Part shown: piece by piece, positions 27,291-38,052 of the stretch | Numbering within the stretch: the stretch's first letter is position 1 | How the letters are laid out: each line of letters opens with the position of its first letter | DNA from: an uncultured Clostridia bacterium | Lineage (GTDB): Bacteria > Bacillota > Clostridia > Christensenellales > UBA1242 | Length of the DNA stretch: 64,000 bases | NCBI GenBank assembly: GCA_944377305.1 | Contig: CALWEL010000005.1 | Coordinates: 5,149-69,148 of the forward strand | Direction: 5' to 3' | Made by a program: the position numbers and the translations under genes | The notes under the pieces: model-generated | The model's database searches: none | What the model saw: only the letters and a program-made list of their open reading frames with translations | Told to the model about the DNA's origin: nothing

Positions 27291-29855
27291 TTATTTAACC
27301 AAGTCAATTAAATGTGCGAGAGTGTCAAATGCAACCATCGGAGATAATTTATTTATATCAATTTCACGAAGAGTATCTATGATCTCGCTTTCCACTTGAG
27401 CACTGTCATTCATTTTTTCACTTTCAAATTCTTTCATAAGTTCTTTTGCTCTATTGATTATTTCATCAGGTAATCCAGCGAGACTAGCAACTTCAATTCC
27501 ATAGCTTTTCGTAGCACTACCTCTCATAATCTTGCGCAAAAAAACTAATTTCCCTCCTATTTCTTTAATTGAAATACAAAAGTTTTTAACTCCGTCATAT
27601 AATCCCTCTAGTTGCATCAATTCGTGATAATGTGTAGCGAACAAAGTTTTTGCATTCAATTTTTTTGATAAATATTCTACCACTGCCCAGGCTATTGATA
27701 AGCCATCAAATGTAGATGTACCTCTGCCAACTTCGTCCAAAATAATCAAACTATTGTCCGTACAAAAATTTAGTATATTTGCCACTTCAATCATTTCTAC
27801 CATAAAAGTAGATTGTCCAATTGCCAAATCATCACTAGCGCCAATACGAGTAAATATTCTATCTACTATACATATATCTGCGCTTTTTGCGGGTACAAAA
27901 CTGCCAATATGTGCTAAATAAGTGATAAGAGCCACTTGACGCATATAGGTAGATTTTCCTGCCATATTCGGACCAGTTAAAATAATCGTGCGCTGATCGC
28001 TGTCGTTCAATTTACAGTCATTAGGTATAAAATCTGATCCTTTGATCATCTTTTCAACAACTGGGTGTCTTCCTTCTAGAATGTTTATCTGTTTCCCATC
28101 CGTTATATTAGGCTTGACATAATCATTTTCCACTGCCACCACACTCAATGAATAGATACAATCAATTGTAGAAATGACCACGGCAATATCTTGCATTATA
28201 TCTGTATTTTCTAATAATTGCGATTTTAGGTTCGAAAATATCTTTTCTTCCAATTTCAATGCCTCTTCGTGACTTGTCAAAACTTCTTCTTCAAATTTTT
28301 TTAATTCCTCTGTAATATATCTTTCATTGTTTGAAACCGTCTGCTTCCTTATATAATTGAATGGAACTAAATCGTTATATATTTTGCTGACTTCAATGTA
28401 ATAACCAAAAACTTTGTTATAACCTATTTTCAAATTTTTAATTCCTGTACTCTCCCGTTCGCGTGCTTGCAATTTGAGAATATATTCTTCCGCATTACTT
28501 TTCAAGTTACGCAACTTATCAAGAGACTCATTGAAACCAGATCTAATATATCCACCATCCTTCATAATCGCAGGCGGATTATCAGAAATTGTATTGAATA
28601 TTAAATTTGAAATTTCAGATGTATCGACCAATTTGGAAGCTAAAATTCTAATATTTTGATCATTAGATCGCATCAAAATTTTTTTCAAGTCTGGAGTTTG
28701 AGATAGAGATGTGGCAAGAGCAATGCAATCTTTCGGAGTAAAATTGCCATAAGCAATTTTACCTACAATTCTCTCAATATCTTGAACTCTTGACAATGTA
28801 TTTTTTAAGTCAACTCGCATTATAGCATCAAAGTATAAAGCTTCTACGGCATTTAAACGCCTATTTATTTTGTCTTTATCTTGAAGAGGTTGTCTCAGCC
28901 AATTTCTTAACATTCGCGAACCACCGCTAGTACAAGTACTATCAATCACCCAAAGCAAACTGCCGTATCTAGTATTCTCTCGCATTGTCGTTTCAATCTC
29001 TAGATTTCTTCGAGTGTTAGTATCTAAATACATAAATTGCTCATCGCGAATTAATTTTGGCATTTTTAGGTGTTTAAGCTCTCGCTTTTGAGTTTCTAAA
29101 AAATATTCAAGTAATGCGCCTACAGCTATCACACAATATTTAGAGTCAAAATCATATCCTTTGATAGATTCAATGTTATATTGCTTTAGTACTGCTCTTT
29201 GAGCATCTGAATAATTAAATGCCCAATCATAATATATATTGAACTTGAATTTATCATTAGATTGAACACAGGGCAATTCGTCAGAAATTTCTTTCATTTC
29301 AGAATTGCAAATAATTTCTGATGGCATAACACGTACAATTTGGTCGTTGATATAATTTTTGAAATTCTTGCCTGTATATTCTCCTACATTGAGTTCTCCT
29401 GTGCTAATATCGCTATAAGCGTAAGATATAGTGTTTTTATCTTTATATATACACATTATATAAGAATTTGTACTTTCATTTAACATCGATGAATCAATCA
29501 CTGTGCCAGGCGTAATTATCCTTACCACATCTCTTCTCACCAATTTTTTGCCTGGTTCTTCCATCTGCTCACAAATGGCTACTTTATATCCTCTTTCTAT
29601 CAATTTCTGAGCATAAGATTCGTATGCGTGATATGGAATTCCGCACATAGGAGCTCTATTGCTGGTACCACAATCTTTGCCCGTCAATGTCAAATCTAAT
29701 TCTTTGCTAGCGATGACAGCATCATCATAAAACATCTCATAAAAATCTCCTAATCGATAAAATAATATACAGTCACTATATTGCTCTTTTGTCGCTAAAT
29801 ATTGCACCATCATAGGTGATAGTTTATCTTGTTTGTTTATCTTTCGTTCACTCAT
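27291..29855 (-). CDS. mutS: DNA mismatch repair protein MutS
   Basis: 854 aa; TPMMVQY...GDFYE N-terminus, Walker A GPNMAGKST, DEVGRGTST. Confidence 0.95.
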   Translation of the reverse strand: MSERKINKQDKLSPMMVQYLATKEQYSDCILFYRLGDFYEMFYDDAVIASKELDLTLTGKDCGTSNRAPMCGIPYHAYESYAQKLIERGYKVAICEQMEEPGKKLVRRDVVRIITPGTVIDSSMLNESTNSYIMCIYKDKNTISYAYSDISTGELNVGEYTGKNFKNYINDQIVRVMPSEIICNSEMKEISDELPCVQSNDKFKFNIYYDWAFNYSDAQRAVLKQYNIESIKGYDFDSKYCVIAVGALLEYFLETQKRELKHLKMPKLIRDEQFMYLDTNTRRNLEIETTMRENTRYGSLLWVIDSTCTSGGSRMLRNWLRQPLQDKDKINRRLNAVEALYFDAIMRVDLKNTLSRVQDIERIVGKIAYGNFTPKDCIALATSLSQTPDLKKILMRSNDQNIRILASKLVDTSEISNLIFNTISDNPPAIMKDGGYIRSGFNESLDKLRNLKSNAEEYILKLQARERESTGIKNLKIGYNKVFGYYIEVSKIYNDLVPFNYIRKQTVSNNERYITEELKKFEEEVLTSHEEALKLEEKIFSNLKSQLLENTDIMQDIAVVISTIDCIYSLSVVAVENDYVKPNITDGKQINILEGRHPVVEKMIKGSDFIPNDCKLNDSDQRTIILTGPNMAGKSTYMRQVALITYLAHIGSFVPAKSADICIVDRIFTRIGASDDLAIGQSTFMVEMIEVANILNFCTDNSLIILDEVGRGTSTFDGLSIAWAVVEYLSKKLNAKTLFATHYHELMQLEGLYDGVKNFCISIKEIGGKLVFLRKIMRGSATKSYGIEVASLAGLPDEIINRAKELMKEFESEKMNDSAQVESEIIDTLREIDINKLSPMVAFDTLAHLIDLVK

Positions 29856-31177
29856 TTGATTTCTCCTGACAACTTATGATTGCGGATACCTTCTATTTTT
29901 ACTTTTGCGAAATAATTTTGATTTACATATTTGTAATTAGGAATATAAATTTCCTTTCCTCCATCTGTGATACCTACAGCCACACCATTAATATGCCTTA
30001 TTAAACAATCATAAGTTTTATTGAAATACTTTTTAATTTGATCTTTTTGTATTAATTTTTGCAATCTTAATAGTTTATTTAATCTGACATTTTTTTCTTT
30101 TTCATCTATTTGCTCGTCAAATGTTGCTGCAGGAGTTCCGGATCTTTTTGAATACATAAATGCAAACACTTGGTCATATTTTACCTTTCTTAATAACTTT
30201 AAAGTCAAATTAAAGTCTTTTTCCGTCTCTCCTGGAAATCCCACAATAACATCAGTAGATAACGCTATATTTGGCATAGCTCGTCTTAACTTTTTAATAA
30301 TCGCCATATAATGCTTAATATCGTAATGTCTATTCATTTTTGCTAAAATCTTTGAACTACCTGATTGAACGGGAAGATGCAATGCTTTTGCCACTTTATC
30401 CTCTTGTTTCATAACTTTGATCAAATCATCTCCGAGATCCATAGGATGAGATGTCATAAATTTTATTTTAAAATCTCCTTCAATTCTGCAGAGATAAGTA
30501 AGTAGTTCACTAAACGACATTTTATCATTTAAATCTTTTCCGTAGGAGTTGACATTTTGTCCAAGCAAAGTAATATATTTGTATCCTTGATTTTGCACGA
30601 GGTCCTTTACTTCTCCATAGACGTCTTGAGGTGTTCTACTCTTTTCTCTACCACGCACATACGGCACAATACAATATGTGCAAAATTTGTTGCAACCATA
30701 TATTACATTGACATAAGCATTGATTTTATCATCTCGTATACAACTATCATTATCTAAACTACCAATAGGCTTATCAATAATCTCATAAATATGTTCTTTC
30801 GTCATCGCATATTTTAAAAGATATTGATCCAATTGATTTACGTTATGTGTTCCTATAATGATATCTACAAAAGGCAGTCTTTCTTTTAGTTTATATTTGC
30901 CATTCTTTTGTTGTGGCATACATCCGCAAAGGATTATAATCTTGCTGGGATTTTTATCTTTTATAGGTCTTAAAGCCATCACATTATTATATGCCCTGTC
31001 TTCTGCCCCTTCTCTAATACAACATGTGTTAAAAACAACTACATCTGCCGATTCAATATCCTCAATCTCTTGCATACCTAGTCGCGACAAAACACCACGA
31101 ATTTTTTCTGATTCGTGTACATTCATCTGACAACCATAAGTCACAACATTAAATGTCTTTCCTTGATAACTATTCAT
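29852..31177 (-). CDS. miaB: tRNA-i6A37 methylthiotransferase MiaB
   Basis: Start moved to MNSYQGKTF; YGCQMN, radical SAM CNKFCTYCIVP, TRAM C-terminus. Confidence 0.9.
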   Translation of the reverse strand: MNSYQGKTFNVVTYGCQMNVHESEKIRGVLSRLGMQEIEDIESADVVVFNTCCIREGAEDRAYNNVMALRPIKDKNPSKIIILCGCMPQQKNGKYKLKERLPFVDIIIGTHNVNQLDQYLLKYAMTKEHIYEIIDKPIGSLDNDSCIRDDKINAYVNVIYGCNKFCTYCIVPYVRGREKSRTPQDVYGEVKDLVQNQGYKYITLLGQNVNSYGKDLNDKMSFSELLTYLCRIEGDFKIKFMTSHPMDLGDDLIKVMKQEDKVAKALHLPVQSGSSKILAKMNRHYDIKHYMAIIKKLRRAMPNIALSTDVIVGFPGETEKDFNLTLKLLRKVKYDQVFAFMYSKRSGTPAATFDEQIDEKEKNVRLNKLLRLQKLIQKDQIKKYFNKTYDCLIRHINGVAVGITDGGKEIYIPNYKYVNQNYFAKVKIEGIRNHKLSGEIK

Positions 31178-31262
31178 AATAAATAATATTATAATATAAT
31201 ATAAAGGATTTTTCAACTAAAATTTACAAAATACTTATTTATTTTTATATTTTGCAAATAAT

Positions 31263-33545
31263 ATGTTGATGGAAAAATTAAAGCATAAAAAGAATATGAA
31301 AGTATTTTTAATTATAGCGATTATAATATGTTTTTTGTTTCTTATATTAGCTATCTCTGCATCAATTATTTACAATAAATATGATTTGGACATAAACAAA
31401 CTAACTAATTTAAACAATGGTGTAAAAGTGTATTCATCATCTGGAATAGATAATACGCTATATAATACAAATCGTTCAATTGTAGAAATTGAGAATTTGC
31501 CAAAATATGTAACTGAGGCTTTTATCGACATTGAAGACAAAAGATTTTATTCTCATAATGGATATGATTTAAAACGAATAATAAAAGCCAGTTTAGTTAA
31601 TTTTATGAACCAAAGCAAATCTCAAGGTGCATCAACTATCAGCCAACAATTAATCAAAAATGCACTATTAAGCAACGAAAAGACCTTTTCCAGAAAAATT
31701 CAAGAAATCGTTTTATCTATCAAAATGGAAAAAAAGTTTAGCAAAGATGAAATCTTAGAGATGTATCTTAATACTATTTACTTTGGTTCAAATGCCTATG
31801 GTATTGAAAATGCAAGTAAAGTTTATTTCAATAAGTGTGCAAAAGATTTAACTATCAATGAAGCGTGCTGTCTTGCGGGAATTATAAAATCGCCTTTAAG
31901 GTATTCTCCAAAATTAAATTATAATAATTCGCTTAAAAGAAAAAATTTTGTAGCAAAAACAATGTATCAAGCAGGAAGTATTAGCAAAGATGAGTATGAT
32001 GAAGTCCTAGCTTCGCCTATTAAATTATCTACTTATAATGAACTAGATCACTCTTATGAAGAAGAAGCCATATTTGAAGCTTGTAGACTATTAAATATCA
32101 ATGAAAGAGAATTGATCAATAACGGATATCAAATCGTCACTTTTAAAGATGATGATTTACAAAAAGAAGTAATAAAAATAAATAATTCACAGATAAAGAT
32201 TTGTGAAGAAGAAACTAATAGTAATCTAGATAGCTTATCTATAGTTGTAGATAACTCAGGCAAAGTCTTATCTTATTTTGCAAATAGTAATTATAGTTTG
32301 CATAATTTAAGACGTCAACCTGCATCAACTTTAAAACCAATATCTGTGTATCTCCCCTGTATAATACACAATATATTGACACCTGCTACATATATTTTGG
32401 ATGAAGAAATTGATTATAATGGATTTTCTCCAAAAAATGCAGATAAAACCTTCCACGGGTATGTCACTACGAGATATGCTCTTTCGCATTCATTAAATAT
32501 ACCAAGTGTAAAAGCTTTGGAATACCTTGGATTGAATAAATCAAAAGAGTGTTTAGCTGATTTCGGAATTGTATTGGATAAATCAGACCTTAATCTTAAT
32601 CTCGCTCTAGGTAGTATGAAAAATGGAGTATACATATCTGATTTATTATCAGCTTATATCACTCTAGCGAATTTGGGACAATACCACGAATTGTCTTTTG
32701 TTGACAAAATTCTAGATAAAAATGGAAATGTTGTATATAAACATACTGAATATTCCGAAAATATTTTTGATGAAGGTGACTGTTTCCTAATAAACAACAT
32801 TTTGAAAGATAGTGCGACAAGCGGTACATCCAAGCGTTTAAGTTCATTAAATCTTCCAGTCGCCAGCAAGACAGGGACCGCATATAATGGTGAAAATAAT
32901 ACAGATTTGTATAATATTGCATATACCAGTGAGCACACTTTACTGACTTGGATAGCAGATTTGCACCATAATTATTTACCCAATAATTTACTTAGCTCTG
33001 TTGAACCTACTGAAATTAATAAAAATATATTGAAATATATATATTCCGATATAAAACCAACAGATTTTAAACAGCCAAAGAATATTGAGTATTTGCCTTA
33101 TGATATATTAGAAGCAAAAGAAAATCATAGAATCGTCTCACCCTCTTCAAGTTTAGATAGATATATAGCCTACGATTATTTTAAAACAAATAATAAACCT
33201 ATTGAGATTAAAATAAATAATAACTTAGACTTGACTGTTGAATTAGATAAAATGGGTGCCACAGCATCATTCACAGCTAAGAAAAATAAAGAATATAAAT
33301 TATATAAAAAAATTGAAAATACATCAGAGCTAATTGCAACGATTAATGAGCAATCAGGTAAAATAAAAATAATAGATAATAACATTTTCAAATTCAATGA
33401 AATAACCTATTATTTAGTTGATGAACAAAGCAACAAATCGGATGAGATAATAATTAAACCTAAAGAATATCTGATGAATTTATTAAATAATGAAATTACC
33501 CAAAATAAACGCAAATGGTATGTTAGATCTTCATTTAATCATTAA
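31263..33545 (+). CDS. class A penicillin-binding protein (glycosyltransferase GT51 + transpeptidase)
   Basis: 760 aa; EDKRFYSHNGYD, GASTISQQL, RKIQE; transpeptidase STLKP, SHSLN, KTGT. Confidence 0.9.
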   Translation: MLMEKLKHKKNMKVFLIIAIIICFLFLILAISASIIYNKYDLDINKLTNLNNGVKVYSSSGIDNTLYNTNRSIVEIENLPKYVTEAFIDIEDKRFYSHNGYDLKRIIKASLVNFMNQSKSQGASTISQQLIKNALLSNEKTFSRKIQEIVLSIKMEKKFSKDEILEMYLNTIYFGSNAYGIENASKVYFNKCAKDLTINEACCLAGIIKSPLRYSPKLNYNNSLKRKNFVAKTMYQAGSISKDEYDEVLASPIKLSTYNELDHSYEEEAIFEACRLLNINERELINNGYQIVTFKDDDLQKEVIKINNSQIKICEEETNSNLDSLSIVVDNSGKVLSYFANSNYSLHNLRRQPASTLKPISVYLPCIIHNILTPATYILDEEIDYNGFSPKNADKTFHGYVTTRYALSHSLNIPSVKALEYLGLNKSKECLADFGIVLDKSDLNLNLALGSMKNGVYISDLLSAYITLANLGQYHELSFVDKILDKNGNVVYKHTEYSENIFDEGDCFLINNILKDSATSGTSKRLSSLNLPVASKTGTAYNGENNTDLYNIAYTSEHTLLTWIADLHHNYLPNNLLSSVEPTEINKNILKYIYSDIKPTDFKQPKNIEYLPYDILEAKENHRIVSPSSSLDRYIAYDYFKTNNKPIEIKINNNLDLTVELDKMGATASFTAKKNKEYKLYKKIENTSELIATINEQSGKIKIIDNNIFKFNEITYYLVDEQSNKSDEIIIKPKEYLMNLLNNEITQNKRKWYVRSSFNH

Positions 33546-33658
33546 ACGATATCTAAAATATTTAGTTAAAAAAATTTTCAAAGACTAAGTAATTGGCGAA
33601 TTATATACGTCAAATTTAGTAAATTTATATAAAAGTGTTATTTTTGTTTATTTTTGAA

Positions 33659-35341
33659 TCATTCTACTGTGACACTTTTAGCTAGATTTCGTGGCATATC
33701 TGGATTAAATCCCTTTTTCAGTGCTATATAATAACTCATAAGTTGAAATGGAATTATAGCAAATATGGGTCTAAATCTTTCACTGATTATTGATAAATCA
33801 ACCATTTCGTCAATTGCGATTACTTCCCCTCCTCTTGATTTGATTTCATTTTTTACTACATCTAATTTTGATTTATCACTAGAAGTATTTAGTGATATTA
33901 TTACACTATCTTTATCAATCAAAGATAAAGTTCCGTGTTTTAACTCCCCAGAATACATCGGAATTGTATAAATATAATCTATCTCTCTAATTTTTAAGCT
34001 AGCTTCCAGCAATAGCGCATAATCAATATCCTTGCCAATCAGAATCAATTTATCTTTTTCTTTTAATTTGTTTACTAATGATTTTACATTAATTTTATTA
34101 ATATATTCTTCTAGATCATTTATAAACTTTTTTATATTTATTGTAAATTTTTTATTTAAAAGTAGTTGTGAAATATATATAAATACAAAAACTTGTGCGC
34201 AATAAGTCTTTGTGCTAGCTACGGCAAGCTCTTTGCCAGCCCTTGTGATGATTTTATAATCTGCTATTTGCGCCATTGTGCTTGTTTCTTCATTGGTGAT
34301 CAAAAGAATTTTACCATTAAAATTCTTAATTTGTTCCGCCACCTTTATACAGTCTGCTGTTTCCCCACTCTGACTAACTATAATATGTAAATGATTTCTC
34401 TTTATTTTTTTTAAGACCCTATAATTCGAAGCTAAACAACACTTAACTTTATATTTAGGAATCTTTATTAAATACTCCTCGCCTATCAAACAAGAATGAT
34501 ATGCTGTACCGCAACCTATGAGAGTAAATTCGTTAAAATGTTTAAATATTTTACGTACATTTTGTTTTTGAAGATAATTATATGTCTTTTCAATCCCTTT
34601 TGGTGTCTCAAATATTTCTTTTAACATATAATTCTTGAATCTACCCAATGAAAATTCTTTGATTTTATTTACGTGCATTTTAAAATCAATTTTGGTATTT
34701 GCTAATGCTATTACATCATTTTTTGTAATCATTATAAGATCATTATCATTTAAACTATATAAAAATCCATCCTTTAAACTAGAAACATCACTAGATATAT
34801 ATATCCCATCATCTGCTTTAAGAATATTCAGTGGACTAAATTTTTTCATTATGTAAATATCTCCACTCTTGTACCCTATAATTAATGAAAAACTGCCATC
34901 AAGTAATTTATATAATTTTTCTAGTCTGTTTTCAATTTTTCCAGATAAGCAAGCTAAGAGATTAACAATTACTTCTGTATCTGTATGTGAATAAAATGAT
35001 ATGCCCTTTTTGATCAAATCTTCTTTTATAATATCTGCATTTTTTATTATACCATTATGTACCAATACAAACTCTTTATTATACGATATATGTGGATGAG
35101 TATTATCAATGTTGACTTCCCCATTAGTTGCCCATCTAGTATGCCCAAAAGCTATATTAGGCGTGCAATTAACTGATTGAGGAAGATTATCCAGAGTGCC
35201 AATAGCTTTCTTAATCTTGAATCCGTCATTGAAATATGCTATTCCGCTTGAATCGTAGCCTCTATATTGAAGACGAGACAATCCTTTCAAAACTTCTTGA
35301 TAGGCATCGTTTTTCCCTACATATCCATATATTCCACACAT
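33659..35341 (-). CDS. glmS: glutamine--fructose-6-phosphate aminotransferase
   Basis: 560 aa; N-terminal MCGI, two SIS domains, C-terminal NLAKSVTVE. Confidence 0.85.
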   Translation of the reverse strand: MCGIYGYVGKNDAYQEVLKGLSRLQYRGYDSSGIAYFNDGFKIKKAIGTLDNLPQSVNCTPNIAFGHTRWATNGEVNIDNTHPHISYNKEFVLVHNGIIKNADIIKEDLIKKGISFYSHTDTEVIVNLLACLSGKIENRLEKLYKLLDGSFSLIIGYKSGDIYIMKKFSPLNILKADDGIYISSDVSSLKDGFLYSLNDNDLIMITKNDVIALANTKIDFKMHVNKIKEFSLGRFKNYMLKEIFETPKGIEKTYNYLQKQNVRKIFKHFNEFTLIGCGTAYHSCLIGEEYLIKIPKYKVKCCLASNYRVLKKIKRNHLHIIVSQSGETADCIKVAEQIKNFNGKILLITNEETSTMAQIADYKIITRAGKELAVASTKTYCAQVFVFIYISQLLLNKKFTINIKKFINDLEEYINKINVKSLVNKLKEKDKLILIGKDIDYALLLEASLKIREIDYIYTIPMYSGELKHGTLSLIDKDSVIISLNTSSDKSKLDVVKNEIKSRGGEVIAIDEMVDLSIISERFRPIFAIIPFQLMSYYIALKKGFNPDMPRNLAKSVTVE

Positions 35342-35343
35342 AA

Positions 35344-36015
35344 CTATCTCCTTATCAATTTATTTAATTTATTTAGATAGCTTTCGCTATTCTTTGATTG
35401 CAAAAATTCAATTGTTAAATCTGTTGTATTAGGAAAGTAATTTATATACTTCAATATATAGCTACTGTTCTTTATAATTTGCGAGTTAGGACAATATTTT
35501 TTAAATATATCTATCACCAATTCATAATGTGTGCAACCCAATACAAAGCAATCTAATTCATTCAGTCTATATTTTTTAATATGTTGTTTTATAATACTAT
35601 CTAGTTTATCTCTATTGAATATATTCTTTTCTATCCTAGTTGCCAATGTAGAATCAGCAATAATATTGTCTCTATGTAACATCTTTTTTGTAAGTTTTGT
35701 AGCAAAACAATTAATATTTGGGTTGAATCTCATAGTCAAAACATTTTGATATTTAGTCTCATCTATCAAACTTGAAGCTGTGTTACAAGCAACTATCACA
35801 AAATCTACTTTATATTTATCAAAAAGCTCTACTATAATATTTTCAACTCGCCTTTTTAGAAATGTCTTGCGCTTATTTCCATAAGGCATATATAAATTAT
35901 CAGCAAAATAGATGAAATTGCCCGAATGGTATTTTTTGATAAGAGTTTGTAAAATACTAATACCTCCTATTCCGCTATCTAATATTGCAATAGTTGGTTT
36001 CAACTTTTTTAACAT
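35344..36015 (-). CDS. murI: glutamate racemase
   Basis: Start moved to MLKKLKPTIAILDSGIGG; ACNTAS and GCTHY catalytic Cys motifs. Confidence 0.85.
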   Translation of the reverse strand: MLKKLKPTIAILDSGIGGISILQTLIKKYHSGNFIYFADNLYMPYGNKRKTFLKRRVENIIVELFDKYKVDFVIVACNTASSLIDETKYQNVLTMRFNPNINCFATKLTKKMLHRDNIIADSTLATRIEKNIFNRDKLDSIIKQHIKKYRLNELDCFVLGCTHYELVIDIFKKYCPNSQIIKNSSYILKYINYFPNTTDLTIEFLQSKNSESYLNKLNKLIRR

Positions 36016-36054
36016 ATAATAATTTATGATTTTGGAAAAATATTGTGAAAGCAC

Positions 36055-36083
36055 TTGCAATTTTATACAATATTTGTTATACT
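36055..36083 (+). promoter_or_regulatory. promoter TTGCAA-17-TATACT for rpsT
   Basis: hexamers read directly. Confidence 0.6.
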
Positions 36084-36105
36084 ATCAAACGAAATGGAGG
36101 TTTGT

Positions 36106-36366
36106 ATGGCTAATATTAAATCAGCTAAGAAACGTATAGAAGTTATTGACAGACAAACATTGGAAAATAAATCTTATAAATCAAAGATTGCTACTTATGT
36201 AAAAAAATATAAGAATGCTGTTGACAATAACGAAAATGAAAACGCTTCTAAATTGCTCAATGAGACTTTTTCATTAATAGATTCTGCTGTTTCTAAAGGA
36301 ATTTTGCAGAAAACAACCGCTAATAGAAAAAAAGCTAGATTAAGTTCATATTCTAGCAATAAATAA
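36106..36366 (+). CDS. rpsT: 30S ribosomal protein S20
   Basis: Start moved to MANIKSAKKR (RBS GGAGG); 86 aa basic protein. Confidence 0.9.
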   Translation: MANIKSAKKRIEVIDRQTLENKSYKSKIATYVKKYKNAVDNNENENASKLLNETFSLIDSAVSKGILQKTTANRKKARLSSYSSNK

Positions 36367-36387
36367 TTCATATTTATATTTTTTATC

Positions 36388-36418
36388 AAAAATGCTAGTC
36401 AAGATACTAGCATTTTTT
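36388..36418. terminator. bidirectional terminator between rpsT and convergent gene
   Basis: stem ATGCTAGT / ACTAGCAT flanked by A5 and T6. Confidence 0.75.
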
Positions 36419-37094
36419 ATATTACATTTATTATCCCACGGTTATCTTTTAGCCAATTTTCATAAGTTTTATAATTAGGCAAAATCATTCTAACTTTGCG
36501 CCAAAAATTTTTACTATGATTTTTTTCTACCGTGTGACACAGTTCGTGAACAATTATATAATCTATCACCTCCTTTGGACACATAATTAATTTATATGTA
36601 AAATTCAGTTTATTTTTATAACTGCACGATCCCCATCTAGTATGTGCAGAAGTTATAGAAATGCTTAGGTATTCGAATTCAAATAGATTTGCTATATATT
36701 CCACGCGTTTTGTAATATATTTTTTTGCCGTTCTTGATAGTAAACAAACTAATTTATTCCTAGCATCTAATCGAGGTATCTCAATCCTGTCCCCATTAAT
36801 TCTTATTTTTGCCGAATCGTACAAAATAATTTTGTACTTATCTCCCAACAGATATATGTATTCTTCTCCTTCAAATTTAAGCTGACTATAATTGTGCTCT
36901 GAAAAAAATTTCTTTTTTTTGATAATCCAATCCGCTTTTTCCTTAATAAATTTCTCGATTTTGCTAATTTGACAATCAATTGGTGCACGTACTAGAAGTT
37001 CTCCTTTGGAGTTTATAATTAGAGTTATGGTTTTTCGTTTGGAATATATTATTTTTTTAGGTTCAATTAAACTATTATTAAACATAGTGAACAT
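36417..37094 (-). CDS. YgjP-like zinc metallohydrolase (DUF45 / SprT-like fold)
   Basis: HELCHTVEKNHSKNFW zinc motif; start uncertain (ATG 37094 or 37085; TTG 37121). Confidence 0.7.
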   Translation of the reverse strand: MFTMFNNSLIEPKKIIYSKRKTITLIINSKGELLVRAPIDCQISKIEKFIKEKADWIIKKKKFFSEHNYSQLKFEGEEYIYLLGDKYKIILYDSAKIRINGDRIEIPRLDARNKLVCLLSRTAKKYITKRVEYIANLFEFEYLSISITSAHTRWGSCSYKNKLNFTYKLIMCPKEVIDYIIVHELCHTVEKNHSKNFWRKVRMILPNYKTYENWLKDNRGIINVI

Positions 37095-37124
37095 TATAAC
37101 ATTTATTAATAAATTTTGCAAATT

Positions 37125-38045
37125 TTAAAATATTAATTCTTGCAAGGCGTTCTTAGCACTGATCTCGCCTGATTTAATTTTGTAATCTAAATTTACATAT
37201 TTTTGGTATAAATTGATATAATATTTTATACCATTTTTTGAAATAGATTGCCTAGCCATTTTAATCGCGTATGGCTTGATATTTAATATTTTTGTTAATT
37301 CAACATCATTTTTATCTATTGAAATGTATTGCATCCTTCTGAAATATTTACCTAAATATGAATATATCTCGGAAGCTGATTGCGATTTATTCATTTGATT
37401 GACTATTGCCTGATACTTAGTATAATCCTTGTTATCAATTGCATTGGTCAACATATAAATGACATATTCATTTGAATAAGAAACTAAATTTGAGACTAAA
37501 TTAAAATCAATTACAGTTATATTTTCACCTATTGAATATGATACAATTTTGTTTAATTCATTACTGATTTTTGCAGTATTAGATGAGCAAGCTTCAATCA
37601 GATAATCTAATGCCTGTTCGTGTATAGAAAGCTTCAATTTCGCAAGATAATTTAATACATAATTATTAATATCTTTGCGATCAAGCTTGGTGCAATCAAC
37701 AATTTCTCCTACCGAGAGTTTGTCAGCACCTACAGCAAGAATTACTGTTGAACTATTTGAAAAATCAAAATTATTTATATATTTGCACACCTCATTGTTT
37801 GGATTAGTTATCACAATTAGCCTGTATGGATTGTCTATTGGAAGAGTCATTAAATTGACTTCAATCTCATCCGACTTCATTTTTTCAGCATCTAATTTGA
37901 CAAAATTGAATTCTTCAAATGTTTTAATCAAATATTTTTTTAAATTATAAATCGTATGTTTTATCAAAAATATATCGTCTCCAACGATTTTATAGACGTT
38001 TTGCACTTTTGTCTTTAAACTCTTATTCAATTCGATAAACTTCAT
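37125..38045 (-). CDS. holA: DNA polymerase III delta subunit
   Basis: 306 aa; position downstream of comEC as in Bacillus; delta-like N-terminal layout (weak sequence evidence). Confidence 0.7.
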   Translation of the reverse strand: MKFIELNKSLKTKVQNVYKIVGDDIFLIKHTIYNLKKYLIKTFEEFNFVKLDAEKMKSDEIEVNLMTLPIDNPYRLIVITNPNNEVCKYINNFDFSNSSTVILAVGADKLSVGEIVDCTKLDRKDINNYVLNYLAKLKLSIHEQALDYLIEACSSNTAKISNELNKIVSYSIGENITVIDFNLVSNLVSYSNEYVIYMLTNAIDNKDYTKYQAIVNQMNKSQSASEIYSYLGKYFRRMQYISIDKNDVELTKILNIKPYAIKMARQSISKNGIKYYINLYQKYVNLDYKIKSGEISAKNALQELIF

Positions 38046-38052
38046 AATTATA

